From NCBI RefSeq assembly GCF_009914755.1, contig NC_060933.1: 64,000 nt of DNA, one strand, 5' to 3'. The position numbers and the translations under genes were made by a program. The DNA comes from the human T2T-CHM13v2.0 reference genome, Homo sapiens. Each line of letters starts with the position of its first letter. The first letter of the stretch is position 1. The notes beneath the pieces were generated by a model that did no database searches, had not been told where the DNA came from, and saw only the letters and a list, made by a program, of their open reading frames with translations. Below, in pieces: positions 1-14,871 of the stretch.

Positions 1-310
1 ACCTGTTTTTCTCCTTCTGTTATTCCATTTAGTTTCTCAATTCATCCAAAACCATATCCAGGCCATCACCAATCATTCTATACGACAAGTGTTTCTTCTA
101 ACATTCCCACAATATCACCCCTTACCACAAGACCTCCCTTCAGCTTAATCTCTCCCACTCTAGGTTCCCACACTGCCCCTAATCCTGCTTGAAGCAGCCC
201 TGAGAAACATCACCCATTCTCTCTCCATACCACCCCCCAAAAATTTTCGCCACCCCAACACTTCAACACTATTTAGTTTTATTTTTCTTAGTAATATAAG
301 AAGGCAGGAA
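1..310 (+). mobile_element. HERV-H internal region, 3' end with polypurine tract (provirus continues upstream of the window)
   Basis: C-rich HERV-H-like 3' internal sequence ending in the purine tract AATATAAGAAGGCAGGAA immediately before the TG start of LTR7. Confidence 0.88.
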
Positions 311-788
311 TGTCAGGCCTCTGAGCCCAAGCCAAGCCATCACATCCCCTGTGACTTGCATGTATATGCCCAGATGGCCTGAAGTAACTGAAGAATCACA
401 AAAGAAGTGAATATGCCCTGCCCCACCTTAACCTATGACATTCCACCACAAAAGAAGTGTAAATGGCTGGTCCTTGCCTTAACTGATGACATTACCTTGT
501 GAAAGTCCTTTTCCTGGCTCATCCTGACTCAGAAAGCATCCCCACAGAGCACCTTTCGACCCCCACTCCTGCCCGCCAGAGAACAAACCCCCTTTGACTG
601 TAATTTTCCTTTACCTACCCAAATCCTATAAAACAGCCCCACCCTTATCTCCCTTCGCTGACTCTCTTTTCGGACTCAGCCCATGACTCTCTTTTCGGAC
701 TCAGCCCGCCTGCACCCAGGTGAAATAAACAGCCATGTTGCTCACACAAAGCCTGTTTGGTGGTCTCTTCACACGGACGCGCATGAAA
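311..788 (+). mobile_element. LTR7, 3' LTR of HERV-H (LTR7up-like)
   Basis: Starts TGTCAGGCCTCTGAGCCCAAG and ends CACACGGACGCGCATGAAA, as in the LTR7 consensus; TATAAAA at 627-633; AATAAA at 724-729. Confidence 0.95.
398..644 (+). promoter_or_regulatory. LTR7 U3 promoter/enhancer with two SOX-type ACAAAAGAAG motifs, a TATA box and a CCCCACCC (KLF/SP) box
   Basis: ACAAAAGAAG at 398-407 and 448-457, TATAAAA 627-633, CCCCACCC 637-644; activity inferred from known LTR7 biology. Confidence 0.6.
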
Positions 789-1001
789 GAGCCCATGATC
801 TTCCTTTCAGGTTGATGCCCATCCTGATCATATCTATAACCAAAAAGGCATCCTTATATGATGGCTTTGCTTGGGCTTAGAGGCCTGACATTCTTAACTC
901 CAGTTTCTCTTGTTAATATTTGTATATGTTTTGTCAACATCTGCCCCTGTATTTAGTGACCTCTAAAAACATTCCTCACCAGTTAAAAAGAGGCATAACT
1001 A

Positions 1002-2187
<1,186 letters not shown>

Positions 2188-3498
2188 ACTATAGACACTC
2201 AAAATTCTTTAAAATTCTCTGGCTCTCTAGAAGTGAGATGTTTCAAATGATCATTATTTTTTGTTTTCTTCCTCATTGTTCACTTTAAGATGATTTTTAA
2301 GTATATAAACTACAAAAATGTTATATATAAATTAGCTCTGCACTGATATTTACTATTATCTTGAAAATTATATTGCCTTTTAATTGCATGTCAGATATTT
2401 TGCATAGCACATGTGACTAAAGGGTATCTTTTTGCTAATTGCATACTGATTCTTTTGGTTGTTTTGGCTTCTGAATGTACTGAATTTATCTTAACTAAAT
2501 TTATCTCTATGCTCTTCTTGATGACATCGTTAATATATCTGTTTCAGATAAAACAACAACTCTGCCCCACTTCCGCAGACTCAACTTTAAGATAGTGTTT
2601 TCTATTTTATTACCTAAGGCACGAATAAGAGTCTTAAAAATGTTTCCATTACTTTTGTTAAAGCTTTACTTAAAATAGCTAAATAATAGAAAAAAAAAAA
2701 ACAGACAAAAATGTAAACCAAATATAGCTATGTTTTTATTAGGTATTTTTGTTATTTCCTGAAGAAACTCAGTTTGGATTTCAAAGGCTTTGCTGAATCA
2801 TATATACTATTTCTGAATGCATTCTTAAGGGAGGACAAAGAAAGAATTTACCCTACGCAACAAACAACAAATATCTTCAGTATTTGTTCTACTTCTCTTT
2901 GCAAGTCCCACATCACAGGCAGCTAACTCTAGTATTTCTTGTCTCTCTCTCCTTGATAAAACTTTAGCCAACTTTAGTGAGTTCTCCTGTTTGGCTTTCC
3001 TTTCCCTTTCTTTTCCTAACTCTACTTTCTCACCCGTCCCAGTTTCCTGGTCACCATGCACTGGGACCGCACAGAAAGAGTTCAGAAATAGTCAAACAAA
3101 ACAAAATGGCCCGAAGAAACCAAAAAAAAAAAAGAAAAAAAAAAGGGAAAGCTTTTGGATGCTTGTATTTGATATTTTTGACTCTGTCTCATTCATATAA
3201 ACAGTCAAAGTAAATTATGGTGAGCTCATTTGAAGAAATATAATCCAATTATAAAGGTAATTATTATGAACACTATATAACCACACAGATAAATGTTTAT
3301 GGTATAATCTCAAAGGAAAGAAAAGGACAGATTTTAGAACAGAATATTTACCTACAAAGATTGTAAAATAAATAAATATATATACTGTTAGGGTAAAAAA
3401 TGTTTATTAACAGGTGAATAGACAAATTATGCTATAGGCACACACTGTAATGCTACTCAGCAATACATAAAAATACACACAAACACATACATGCCTAT

Positions 3499-3869
3499 TG
3501 ATATGGTTTGACTCTGTGTCCCTACCCAAATCTCATCTCAAATTGTAATCCCCATGTGTTGAGGGCGGGGTCTGGTGAGAGGTGATTAGATCATGGGGGC
3601 AGTTTCCCCCATGCTGTTTCATGATAGTGAGTGAATTCTCATGAGATCTAATGGTTTTATAAGGGGCTCTTCCCCCTTTGCTCATTTGCTCTCTCTTCCC
3701 TGCTGCCATGCAAGACATGCCTTTCCTTCTCTCTTGCCTTCTGCCATGACTGTAAGTTCCCTGAGGCCTCCTCAGCCATGTGGAACTGTGAGTCAACTAA
3801 ACCTCTTTCCTTTATATATTACCCAGTCTCAGACAGTTCTTTATAGCAGTGTGAAAATAAACTAATACA
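3499..3869 (+). mobile_element. THE1-type (THE1D-like) MaLR solo LTR
   Basis: TGATATGGTTTGACTCTGTGTCCC start and ACTAATACA end, with typical THE1 internal text. Confidence 0.88.
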
Positions 3870-4599
3870 CGCACATACAGGAAATAAAAAATAAAATAAA
3901 TCCAACAGAGAGACTAATGAACAAAATTACACATAAGTCTCAAATCTAACTCAATTTTTCAGCAGTCAGTATAATAATAATGACCCATTCCACAGCTCAA
4001 TGTAATAATCAGATACAATTAATTAGTGTCTTAAGTGAAACACAAATCCTAAAAATGACATAAAAGAAAAAAATTGTCTTATAGGTCACATTTGATATCA
4101 TGTTATCAATATAAGAACATCCTCAACAGCATACATTTCTTAGAGACAAGTACACATTTTACATGAGAGTTTTTGAAAAAGTTCCTCCGATTATGTCAAA
4201 GTAAATTCAGAAAAATAGAAATTAAAAGTCAGGGGATGAAGTATGGTGGTGTTTGATGAGTTGCAGAGAAATGATGAGGTCCACATCTGTAGCAGATGAC
4301 TAACATTGTAGTTTAAGGTAAGCCACATTGTAATGCTTTTTAGAGGAACAAGTAGATTTTAGATGCATTGGTCAATCAACTGGATTTGATGGACATTAAG
4401 TATCAGTTCTATTCCCTGACAAGCATCTGAGATACAGATATTCTACACTGTCAGTAACATACAAAGCCATAAACTTTACAAACAGGTTGAGTTGAAGTAG
4501 ATTAAGATTCTTTTGTTTGAAAACAGTAGGATTTAAAAATGTTTTGCTCCTAGGCAAAACACTAGCTGCAAGTAGTGCAAATATATATATACACACTCA

Positions 4600-5038
4600 T
4601 AAAATAATCTTGCATCTAATCTTTTCATGTACATGAATTTTAATGGGAGAAATGTCTCTTAAAGATAAAATAGTGGAAGCTGGAGAAGGCAAGGAGACAC
4701 TTCAGAATGATGCAGGTCTAACATGGGTACAAGAGAAGCAAGGCACAAGGATTAGGTAGGAAGAGTTTTAGACTAGTGAACAGTCCAAGAAAGTTTTGTC
4801 TAAAGCAATAAAGAATCCTAGATCTCAAGTTCCCATTTAAAGAGGTCCCATATCCTATATAAATAGACCAGCGTTAGTATTCTCACTAGGCTCAGAAACT
4901 GACTGGGAGCTGTCTGTAGAAGCATGTCTTCAGTGTAAATGCAGTGGTTAATTCAAAAGGATCACATATGAGACCATCAGTCCATTACATTCTCTGCAGC
5001 AGAATATATATGAGTGGGACATTTTCATGTCCACTACA
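4600..5038 (-). mobile_element. Ancient ERVL LTR (LTR16-like), degenerate
   Basis: Ends ...CATTTTCATGTCCACTACA, the reverse of a TG LTR start; body resembles the LTR16 consensus; left boundary approximate. Confidence 0.55.
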
Positions 5039-5371
5039 GGAGGCTTGTTATGTATGTGGAAAACATATTTCTTGTGATTGGCAACATAAATAATACAAGT
5101 TTGCAGTATGAATTAATACTATCTGTGTGTTGTAAAATCAACTTCTAAGGGTAAACTTAAAATGTTTACTGGTAGGTAGACTCTCAGTCAAGTAGAGAAG
5201 AAAATGTAAATCTTCTCTGGAATAATATAACTTAAAACAGGCTTCATTAAATTTCATTTTAAAGAAAAGTAACACAATCAAAATCACAAGGTACACAAAT
5301 GAGTAAGGAACCATGAGTGTAAGCCTGTAGAAACAACACACAGTAGAAGATAATATTTAAGAATAAATTTA

Positions 5372-5680
5372 GGTTGTATGCAGTGTCTCACATCTGTAAT
5401 CTCAACACTTTGGGAGGGTGAGATGGGAGGATCACTTGAGCCTAGGAGTTCAAGACCAGCCTGGCCAATATAGCAGGACCCTTTCTCTAGAATTTTTTTT
5501 TTAGTTAGCCAGGTATGGTGGCACAAACCTGTAGTCCCAGCTACGTGAGAGGCTGAGATGGGAGGATCACTTGAGTCGTCAAGGTTGAGGCTGAACTGAG
5601 CTGTGATGGTGCCACTGTACTCCAGCCTGGGCAACAGAGAGAGACCTTGTCTCAAAAAAAATTAATAAATATAAATAAAT
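5372..5680 (+). mobile_element. AluJ
   Basis: GGGAGGATCACTTGAG in both arms, AGGTTGAGGCTG, A-rich tail. Confidence 0.9.
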
Positions 5681-5859
5681 GAACTTAGATATTAAAACTA
5701 TTAGAAAACAAGATATGAGATAATTACATTTAATGTGTTTAAAATATAAAAGAGATAAAAATATGCATAAGATATAGAATATTATAAATATAAAAGATTG
5801 AAAAAATAATAACTCTAAAATTGGAAAATAATTTTTAAAACTCAATCGATAGATTAAAG

Positions 5860-6067
5860 TAGGTGTCAGCAAACTATGGCCCATGGGCTAACTGCCTGTT
5901 TTTGTAAATCTGTTTTATTAAACACAGTCATGCCCATTTGTTTATCTATCATCTATGGCTGCTTTCATGCTACAGTGGCAAAATAGCGTGGTGGCAACAG
6001 AGACCACAGAAGCCAGAAGCCTGACAGACAAGTTGACACTCTGGTACTTTTAATAAAAAGACTCCTG
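5860..6067 (+). mobile_element. MER58A (hAT-Charlie) DNA transposon
   Basis: AGGTGTCAGCAAACTATGGCCC...CTATGGCTGCTTTCATGCTACA...CTCCTG; 8-bp TSD GATTAAAG (5852-5859) / GATTAAAC (6068-6075). Confidence 0.85.
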
Positions 6068-7136
6068 GATTAAACAGATGATTAGATTCAGCTGAAGAAT
6101 TAGTTCATTGGAAGAAAGGGTTAAAGAAATTATCCTGCATGCAACACAGAAGAGACAAAGACATGGAATATATATGAAAGGGTTGATATACAGGGATGAT
6201 AAAAACAAAAGAAAATATCATATACCTAAATGAAGTTCAGAGGGAGGAAAGGAGAAAGAATGGGGAAAAGGTCCTATTAAAAGAGAAAATGGCTACAAGT
6301 ATTTTCATAGTTATTCAAAGAAAACAATTCTTAGCTCTGAGATTTCCAAGAAATCACAGGAAGACACATGAGAGATCACCAAAGAAAATATTTCTTCAAA
6401 CAAGCCAAAGAGAAATGAGAGATCAACTACAAAAGAATTGCAATCTGAAAGAGGAGAGACTTCTCAGTAACAATAAAAACAGAAGACAATGGAATCATAG
6501 CTCCCATGTGCTAAGATAAAATATCAGGGAATATAGAATTCTATACATAGCAAAATTAGATTTTGGTAATAAGGACAAAAGAAAAACCAGGTAATATAGT
6601 TCAGGTGAGGAATATGATGACTGATAAAAAAAGAATATTGAACAAAAACTTTGGTTAATATGGGGTAAATCTAAACAAACTTTGAATGTAATAGAAATAA
6701 TAATTATGTTTAACATATACTAGGGGCCAAAAATCAGACTAAAACATTTCTTGAAACATACTTGAAATCATAGCATATGACAGCATTTAATATGAGAGAC
6801 GCTAATGGGTCTTAAAGTATTCTAAGATCATTGATTTTCAAGAAGAAAATAAAAACGGTTTAATTTTAGATTTTGCTAATTTAATTATAAGTGTAAAAAA
6901 GAGCCAGAAACCATAAATTAATGGCATACAACACTTAACTTCAAAACAAGTAAAAAAATAGAATGAGAAAAAGGGAAAAATAAGTCAGGAAACATGCTAG
7001 TGAAAGAAACAGGAAAATGAGTTTGCTTAGTTAAAAGCATGTGATAAGATAGGAGTAATGAATCCAATTATCAATCATATCAATCATGATAAATATAAGT
7101 GGACTAAACTCTCCAATTAAAAAGCAGGTTTTCAAT

Positions 7137-7260
7137 GGCCAGGCATGGTGGCTCACACCTGTAATCCCAGCACTTTGGGAGGCTGAGGCTGGAGCGTTGA
7201 GGCCAGGAGTTTGAGATTATCCTAGCCAACATAGCAAGACCATATCTCTATTTTTTTTTA
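7137..7260 (+). mobile_element. Alu left monomer (FLAM-like)
   Basis: GGCCAGGCATGGTGGCTCACACCTGTAATCCCAGC...; single arm only. Confidence 0.85.
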
Positions 7261-8070
7261 ATTCAAACTGCAATTTAAAAAATAAAATTCTGTCATATTC
7301 TGTTTATGCTGTTGATAACTAAAACATAAGAAGAAATTTTGAAATCAAAGGGCTGAAAAACATAAAGGGAATAGTATCTATCCAAAAGAAAGCTATGTAG
7401 TTATATTAATATCATGAAAAAAATACAATTTGAGGCAAAAACCAATATTGGAAATATAAAGGCAATTCATAAACATAAAGGTTGCAATTTACTAGGATGA
7501 TCTGGTAATTATAAACTTGCAATTATTTAATAACATAGTTTCAAAATATATAATGACAAATTTAACATAACTACAAAAATAAATGGTCAAAGCAATATTT
7601 CTTATGGCAATTTTAAACATGTTTCTCTCAGTAAACCATGGATCAAGCAAAACAAAAATCTAAAATGATATTATTTGAATGTCAAATTGTAAAGCCTAAA
7701 ATAATATATGGATAATAAACATTGGGCTTATCAGAAAACATTATCTTCAAGTACATATGGAAAGACATTTGCAAAAATTGGCCATGTGCTAAGATTTAAA
7801 GCTATCCTTCAATTTCAGAAAATTTATATTGGTCAAACCAACTTCTGACCAGAGGGCAATTAAGTTCATTCAATAAAAAGCAGACAGAGAGCTTAGAAGA
7901 TACAATCTCTTTGGAAATTTATATAGCATACTTTCAAACAAACCAAAAGTCAATGGGGAATAATGAAATATTGCAAATATTTAAAACTGAACAAAAGTAG
8001 AAATACTAAAGTAAAATATGTTAAATTTTCATAGTTTCTTAATCACATAACCATGAGTGACTGAGCAACT

Positions 8071-8111
8071 ATTAAAAGTAATGGCAAAAACTGCAATTAC
8101 TTTTGCACCAA
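8071..8111. mobile_element. MADE1 (mariner MITE) half element
   Basis: AATGGCAAAAACTGCAATTACTTTTGCACCAA matches the Hsmar1/MADE1 terminal repeat. Confidence 0.8.
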
Positions 8112-8154
8112 AGAATACTTTGTTGATTTAATTTAATTTTTACTGATTTGAAAT

Positions 8155-8248
8155 TGAATTTAAATAGCCACATGTGGCTAGTGGCTACTGTATTGGACAA
8201 CACAGATACAGTGTATTCCCACCATCATGAAAAGTTATATTGAACAGT
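8155..8248 (+). mobile_element. MER3/MER33-type hAT fragment
   Basis: AATAGCCACATGTGGCTAGTGGCTACTGTATTGGACA motif. Confidence 0.75.
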
Positions 8249-8840
<592 letters not shown>

Positions 8841-9729
8841 GTCTTAGAAGAATATGACAGAGGATAGCAGTCTTCCTCAGTTCTCAGTACTCCGGGTAAG
8901 GATCTAGTATTGTTTATCTAACACAGTGACAAAAATTTGAGTTTGTAATTTTTGTTATTTAGTTGCTATACACCACTGGATAGCAAAGAAAGAAAAAACA
9001 TAACCTGTTCTACTCTCCCGTCTCCCAAAAAATGACTCTGAGAAATGAATTCCTTTAAGAAGAAATACAATCTCAAGGAAAAGAACTCAAAATGAAATAG
9101 TCTAAACAACCTTGTAACTTCTCTAATATTGGAATATTCTCTGTTTTCCAAATCCAAATCAAGCTTGATTGTGTCATCACTAGAATCTGAAGTAGAACCC
9201 TCTATCAGCTTCTTGTATCTCACATGCTTTTCAAACAAACATGTATCTTCTCTATTGAATGATAATATGGTAAGCTAGTTGGTTGATGTCAGCCTGGACA
9301 GTTTAGATTTACTTTTGCTGTATAGTAATAAAAGAAGAAAGGTAGAAAAGATGAAACAAAAGTAAACAAGAATGTTATCCTCTGGGATATTCACTGTGGA
9401 GAGATTACCACTGAGGTAAGTCACTGACCTATGTTGAAGAGTTACTCCTGAGAAGTATGGGGCTGTTGTTAGGAAACAACACATCCTTGTAAGGTGTAGG
9501 TGGAAGAAGCCTAGGAAGAAACCTGAGAGTGAGAGTTCAGTGAGATAGGAGACAAGGCAAAAAGTAACCTGTCTTTATGGCCCTCTAGCCTTTCCCCACT
9601 GGGGCCTAAATGTCTATTGTGGTTTCAGACATAGATAAGGAAGCTGTTTCAGATCACCTGCGCTCTCAACCTTCTTCCCCATTTGTTGAATCTGCCCCTA
9701 TTCCAAACACCTGGTAATTTGACCTTGGT

Positions 9730-9889
9730 TTTTATTTTCATTTATTTATTTATTTGTTTGTTTGTTTATTTTAGAGATGAGTTCTCACTATGTTGCCAAG
9801 ACTGGTCTTGAACACCTAGTCTTAAGCGATCCTCCTACCTTGGACCCCCAAAGCGCTGGGATTACAGGTGTGAGCCGCTGCGCCCAGCT
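9730..9889 (-). mobile_element. Alu monomer (FLAM_C-like) with (TTTA)n tail
   Basis: TAGAGATGAGTTCTCACTATGTTGCC...GCTGGGATTACAGGTGTGAGCC. Confidence 0.85.
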
Positions 9890-11205
9890 TAACTCCAGTT
9901 TTTATGTGTTCCCTCTTTTCGAAGTTCTGTTTTATTTTGCATAACCAGTTTTCTGACTCCTAATATCCCTGATTCAATTTAGCACGAAGAACTGAGCTCT
10001 TTTTCTCTGAAAATTAATAGTGCAGTGAGTACCTCTGCATGGATTGTTACTTATTAAAACACAGCTTTCTCTGGACCTGTCTAATTATTTCTACCTACTG
10101 GTAATGATTCTCTACTTAAATTCCATGGGCTAGCAACGTAGAAACACTCTCAACATTTCACTTAACAAATTTCTCATCAAAACTGAGATTCTTAGCTAAG
10201 CCAATAATTATTCTTCATCTTGAAACAACAAACAGGATACCAGACATTCATTACTTTGCTAATAGCTGTTTCCTATTTATACACCAGCTCTTTTTATTTT
10301 TTTTTCCTTTACTACAAACAGCAACAGATGCACAAAATATTTTGGCAATATTATCACTAAAAATATAATTTTCACTGGTGATAAAATATGTCGAAATTTT
10401 TATCTTTGAGTAATGGAACTGATTAATTTTTTGTTGTTGCTCCTTTTCATGGACTTTCTACATTTCTCTATACAAATCAAGTGTTACTTTTGTCATGGAG
10501 GGAAAAAGTAAAGTAGTCTTAATTTTAAAAAAAAAAAAAGGTCAAAAATCTGTGGTCAATATTTGTATATTGATATATCTAGTTGTTCTAATGCTACCTT
10601 TTAAAAATGTGTGTACTACCAGAAGAAAAAGGCCTATCTTGAGAAGAATAATGGAAGCTGGCAGGCATGTCTAAGTATATAAAATCTGACTTTATTTTCA
10701 GTTTTTTTCAACCATAGGTACAAATGTAGGAAAATTAAACAAATTCAGTAAGTTTCCTTCATTTTGTCTTTAAAAGCCACAAATTTGCCAGAATGTTTTT
10801 GTTGCTGTTGTTGTTTTTATAACAGGTTGCTTCGAAATGGCATTTCTTAATTCGGCAGAAGTGGTTTTCTAAACATACCTCTATGTGTGCTCTTAAGTGC
10901 ACCTATATGTAGTATACCAAGAAAAATATTATAAAACGCAGAAAAGTTCTGCTTCATAGAGTGTTTTATGCTTATCAGTAGCTAATCAAAAGTTTCAACT
11001 TTCCCTTAGAATGCTATAGAGAAAAACAATAGGGAATATCCTCCAGTTCCCAAAAATATAATCCATACTTTTTTACTTTGAATAAATTGCAGATGTTTTT
11101 CCCAAAGCAAAATATGTATTCTTCAGAGCTAATCAAGGTATACCTCATGAATTTTCTAATGGAGAAAATTGTGTTTAATAAAGCCTAAAGAAAATTACTC
11201 ACATA

Positions 11206-14200
11206 GAGTAATTGTGCGGCCCCACTCAGGAAACCATGCTTTTCCCATGTATCTTTGCAACCCACAGATCAGGAGATCCCCTCATAAGCCCATGCCACCA
11301 GAAGACAGAAAATTAACAAAGATATTCAGGACTTGAACACAGCTCTGGATCAAGTGGTCCTGATAGACATCTACAGAACTCTCTACTCCAAAACAACAGA
11401 ATATACACTTCTTCTAATTGCCACATGACACTTACTCTAAAATTGATAACATAATCAGAAGTAAAACACTGCTCAGCAAGTGCAAAAGAACTGAAATCAT
11501 AGTCTCTCAGACCACAGAGCAATCAAAATAGAACTCAAGATTAAGAAACTCACTCAAAACCACACAACTACATGGAAATTGAACAACTTTCTCCTGATTG
11601 ACTCCTGTGTAAATAATGAAATTAAGGCAGAAATCAGGAAGTTCTTTGAAACTAATGAGATCAAAGAGACAACATACCAGAACCTCTGGGTCACAGCTAA
11701 AACAATATTAAGGTGGAAATTTACAGCACTAAATGCCCACATCAAAAAGCTAGAAAGATCTCAAATCAACAACCTAACATCACAGCTAAAAGAAGTAGAG
11801 AACCAAGAGCAAACAAACCCGAAAGCTAGCAGAAGACAAGAAATAACCAAGATCAGAGTGGAATTGAAGGAGATAGAAACACAAAACACCTTTAAAAAAA
11901 ATCAATGAATCCAGGAGCTGGTTTTTTGAAACAATTAATAAAATAGATAAGCCGCTAGCTAGACTAATGAAGAAAAGATAGAAGACTCAAATAGATACAA
12001 TCAAAAATGATAAGGGGGATATCACCCCTGACCCAAATAAATACAAACAACCATTAGAGAATACTATAAAAAACTCTTTGCACATAAACTAGAAAATCTA
12101 GAAGAAATGGACAAATTCCTGGATGCATGCACCCTCCCCAAACTGAACAAGTAAGAAATTGAATCCCTGAATACAACAATAAGGAATTCTAAAACTGAGA
12201 CAGTAATAAATAGCCTAACGACAACAACAACAACAAATCCCAGGACAGTACAGATTTAGAGCTGAATTCTACCAGAGGTACAAAAAAGCACTGGTACTAT
12301 TTCTACCAGAACTATTCCAAACAATTGAAAAGGAGGGGCTTCTTCCTAACTCATTTTATGTGGCCAGCATCATCTTGATACCAAACCTGGCAGAGATACA
12401 ACAAAAAATGTAGACTTCAGGCCAATATTCATGATGAACACTGATGCAAAAATTCTTCATAAAATTCTGGCAAACCAAATCCAGCAGCATATCAAAAAGT
12501 TTATCCACCATGATCAAGTTGGCTTCATCCCTGGGATGCAAGGTTGATTCAATACACACAAATTAATAAAAATAAATGACCTAATAAACAGAACTAAAGA
12601 CAAAAACCACATGATTATCGCAATAGACACAGAAAAGGCATTCAATAAAATTCAATGTCCCTTCATGTCAAAAAATGTCAATAAACTATGTATTGAAGGA
12701 ACATACCTCAAAATAATAAGAGCCACATATGACAAACCCACAGCTAACATCATACTGAATGGGCAAAGCTGGAAGCAGTCTCATTGAAAACCAGCACAAG
12801 ACAAGAATGCCCTCTCTCATCACTCCTATTCAACATAGTATTGGAAGTTCTGGTCAGGGCAATCAGGCAAAATAATGAAATGAAGGGTATGAAATAGGAA
12901 GAAAAGAAGTCACATTACCATTTTTTTGCAGATGATATGATCCTATATCTAGAAAACCATGTCATCTCAGCCTAAAAGCTTCGTAAGCTGATAAGCAGCT
13001 TCAGCAAAGTCTTAGAATACAAAACCAATGTGAAAAAATTGCTACCATTCCTGTACACCAACAACAGGCAAGCAGAGAGCCAAATCATGAATCAACTCCC
13101 ATTTACAATTGCTACAAAAAGAATAAAACACTTAAGAATACAGCTAACAAGGGAAGTGTAGGACCTCTTCAAGGAGAACTACAAACCACTGCTCAAGGAA
13201 ATCAGAGAGGACACAAGCAAATGGAAAAACATTCTATGATCATGGATAGGAAGAATCAATATTGTGAAAATGGCCATATTGCCCAAAGTAATTGATAGAT
13301 TCAATGCTATTCCCATTAAACTAGCATTAACATTCTTCACAAAAGTAGAAAAAACTATTTTAAAATTTTATAAAACCAAAAAAGAGCCTGAATAGCCAAG
13401 ACAGTCCTATGCAAAAAGAACAAAGCTGGAGGCTATCCAACTTCAAACTACACTACAAGGCCACAGTAACCAAAACAGCACGATAGTAGTACAAAAACAG
13501 ACATACAGACCAATGGAACAGAATAAAGAACTCAGAAATAAGACTGCACACCTACAACCATCTGTTCTTTGACAAACCTAACAAAAACAAGCAATGGGGA
13601 AAAGATTCTGTTATTTAATAAATGATGCTGGGAGAACTGGCAAGCCATATGTGGAAAATTGAAAGTGGATCCCTTCCTTTTACACTATAAAAAAATTAAC
13701 TCAAGATGGATTAAAGACTTAAATGTAAAACCCAAAACCATAAAAACCCTAGAAGAAAATCTAGACAATACCATTCCAGACATAAGCATGGGCAAGGATT
13801 TCATGGTGAAAACATCAAAAGCAATTGCAACAAAAGTAGAAGTTGACGAATGGAATCTAATTAAACTAAAGAATTTCTGCACAGCAAAAATTATCATCTG
13901 ATTGAACAGACAACCTACAAAATGGGAGAAATTTTTTATAATCCATCCATCTGACAAAGCTCTAATATCCACAGTCTACAAATAACTTAAACAAATTTAC
14001 AAGAAAAAGACAATCAGCCCCATTAAAAAGTGGGCAAAGGACATGAACAGACACTTCTCAAGATAATACATTCATGTGGCCAACAAACATTTGAAAAAAA
14101 ATCTCAACATCACTGATCATTAGATAAATGCAAATCAAAACAACAATGAGATACCATCTCATGCCAGTCAGAATGTCAGTTATTAAAAAGTCAAGATACA

Positions 14201-14871
14201 ACAGATGCTGGTGAAGTTGCAGAGAAAAAGGAATGCTTTTACACTGTTGGTGGGAGTGTAAATTAGTTAAGCCATTGTGGAAGACTGTGTGGTGATTCCT
14301 CAAAGGCCTAAAAACAGATATACCATTTGACCCAGCAATCCCATTACTGGGTATATACCCAAAGGAATATAGATCATTCTATTACAAAGATACATGCACA
14401 TGTATGTTCACTGCAGCACTGTTCACAATAGCAAAGACATGAAATCACCCAAATGCCCATCAATGACATACTAGATAAACAAAATATGGTACATATATAC
14501 CATGGAATACTATGCAGCTATAAAAAGGAACGAGATCATGTCCTTTGCAGGGACGTGAATGGAGCTGGAAGCCATTATCCTCAGCAAACTAATGGTGGAA
14601 CAGAAAACCAAACACCACATGTTCTCACTTGTAAGTGGGAGTTGAATGATGAGAACACATAGACACATGAAGGGGAACAAAACACCCTGGGGCCTGTTGG
14701 GGCGGGTGGGGGTAGGGAGAGCATCAGGAAGAATAGCTAATGGATGCTGGGCTTAATACCTAGGTGGTGGGTTGATCTGTGCAGCAAACCACCATGGCAC
14801 ACATTTACCTATGCAACAAACCTACACATCCTGTACAAGTAGTTCAGAACTTAAAATATAAGTTAAAGAAA
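11206..14871 (+). mobile_element. L1PA (about L1PA10-13) insertion: short 5'UTR fragment, disrupted ORF2, 3'UTR
   Basis: ORF2 peptide fragments in the ORF track (11579-11908, 13659-13901); 3'UTR GGAGAGCATCAGGAAGAATAGCTAATGGATGCTGGG; 15-bp TSD AAAATTACTCACATA at 11191-11205 and 14872-14886; stops and frameshifts. Confidence 0.95.

Larger units (their letters stand above)
5140..8030 (+). mobile_element. Ancient L1M fragment (ORF1 into ORF2 endonuclease region), interrupted by AluJ, MER58A and FLAM
   Basis: A-rich degenerate L1 text such as AGATTAGATTCAGCTGAAGA and AAATATAAGTGGACTAAACTCTCCAATTAAAA; no intact ORF. Confidence 0.65.

Noticed and set aside
9325-9422. Possible lncRNA exon ending in a strong donor (GAG/GTAAGT); similar isolated splice-like sites near 17482, 27398, 35820 and 58303
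   Set aside because: Such motifs are expected by chance in 64 kb, and exons cannot be supported without transcript data
11579-14662. Reverse-transcriptase and endonuclease-like ORFs (also 50337-52298 and 62137-63749)
   Set aside because: Fragments of L1 ORF2 broken by stops and frameshifts; dead retrotransposons, not a new RT system
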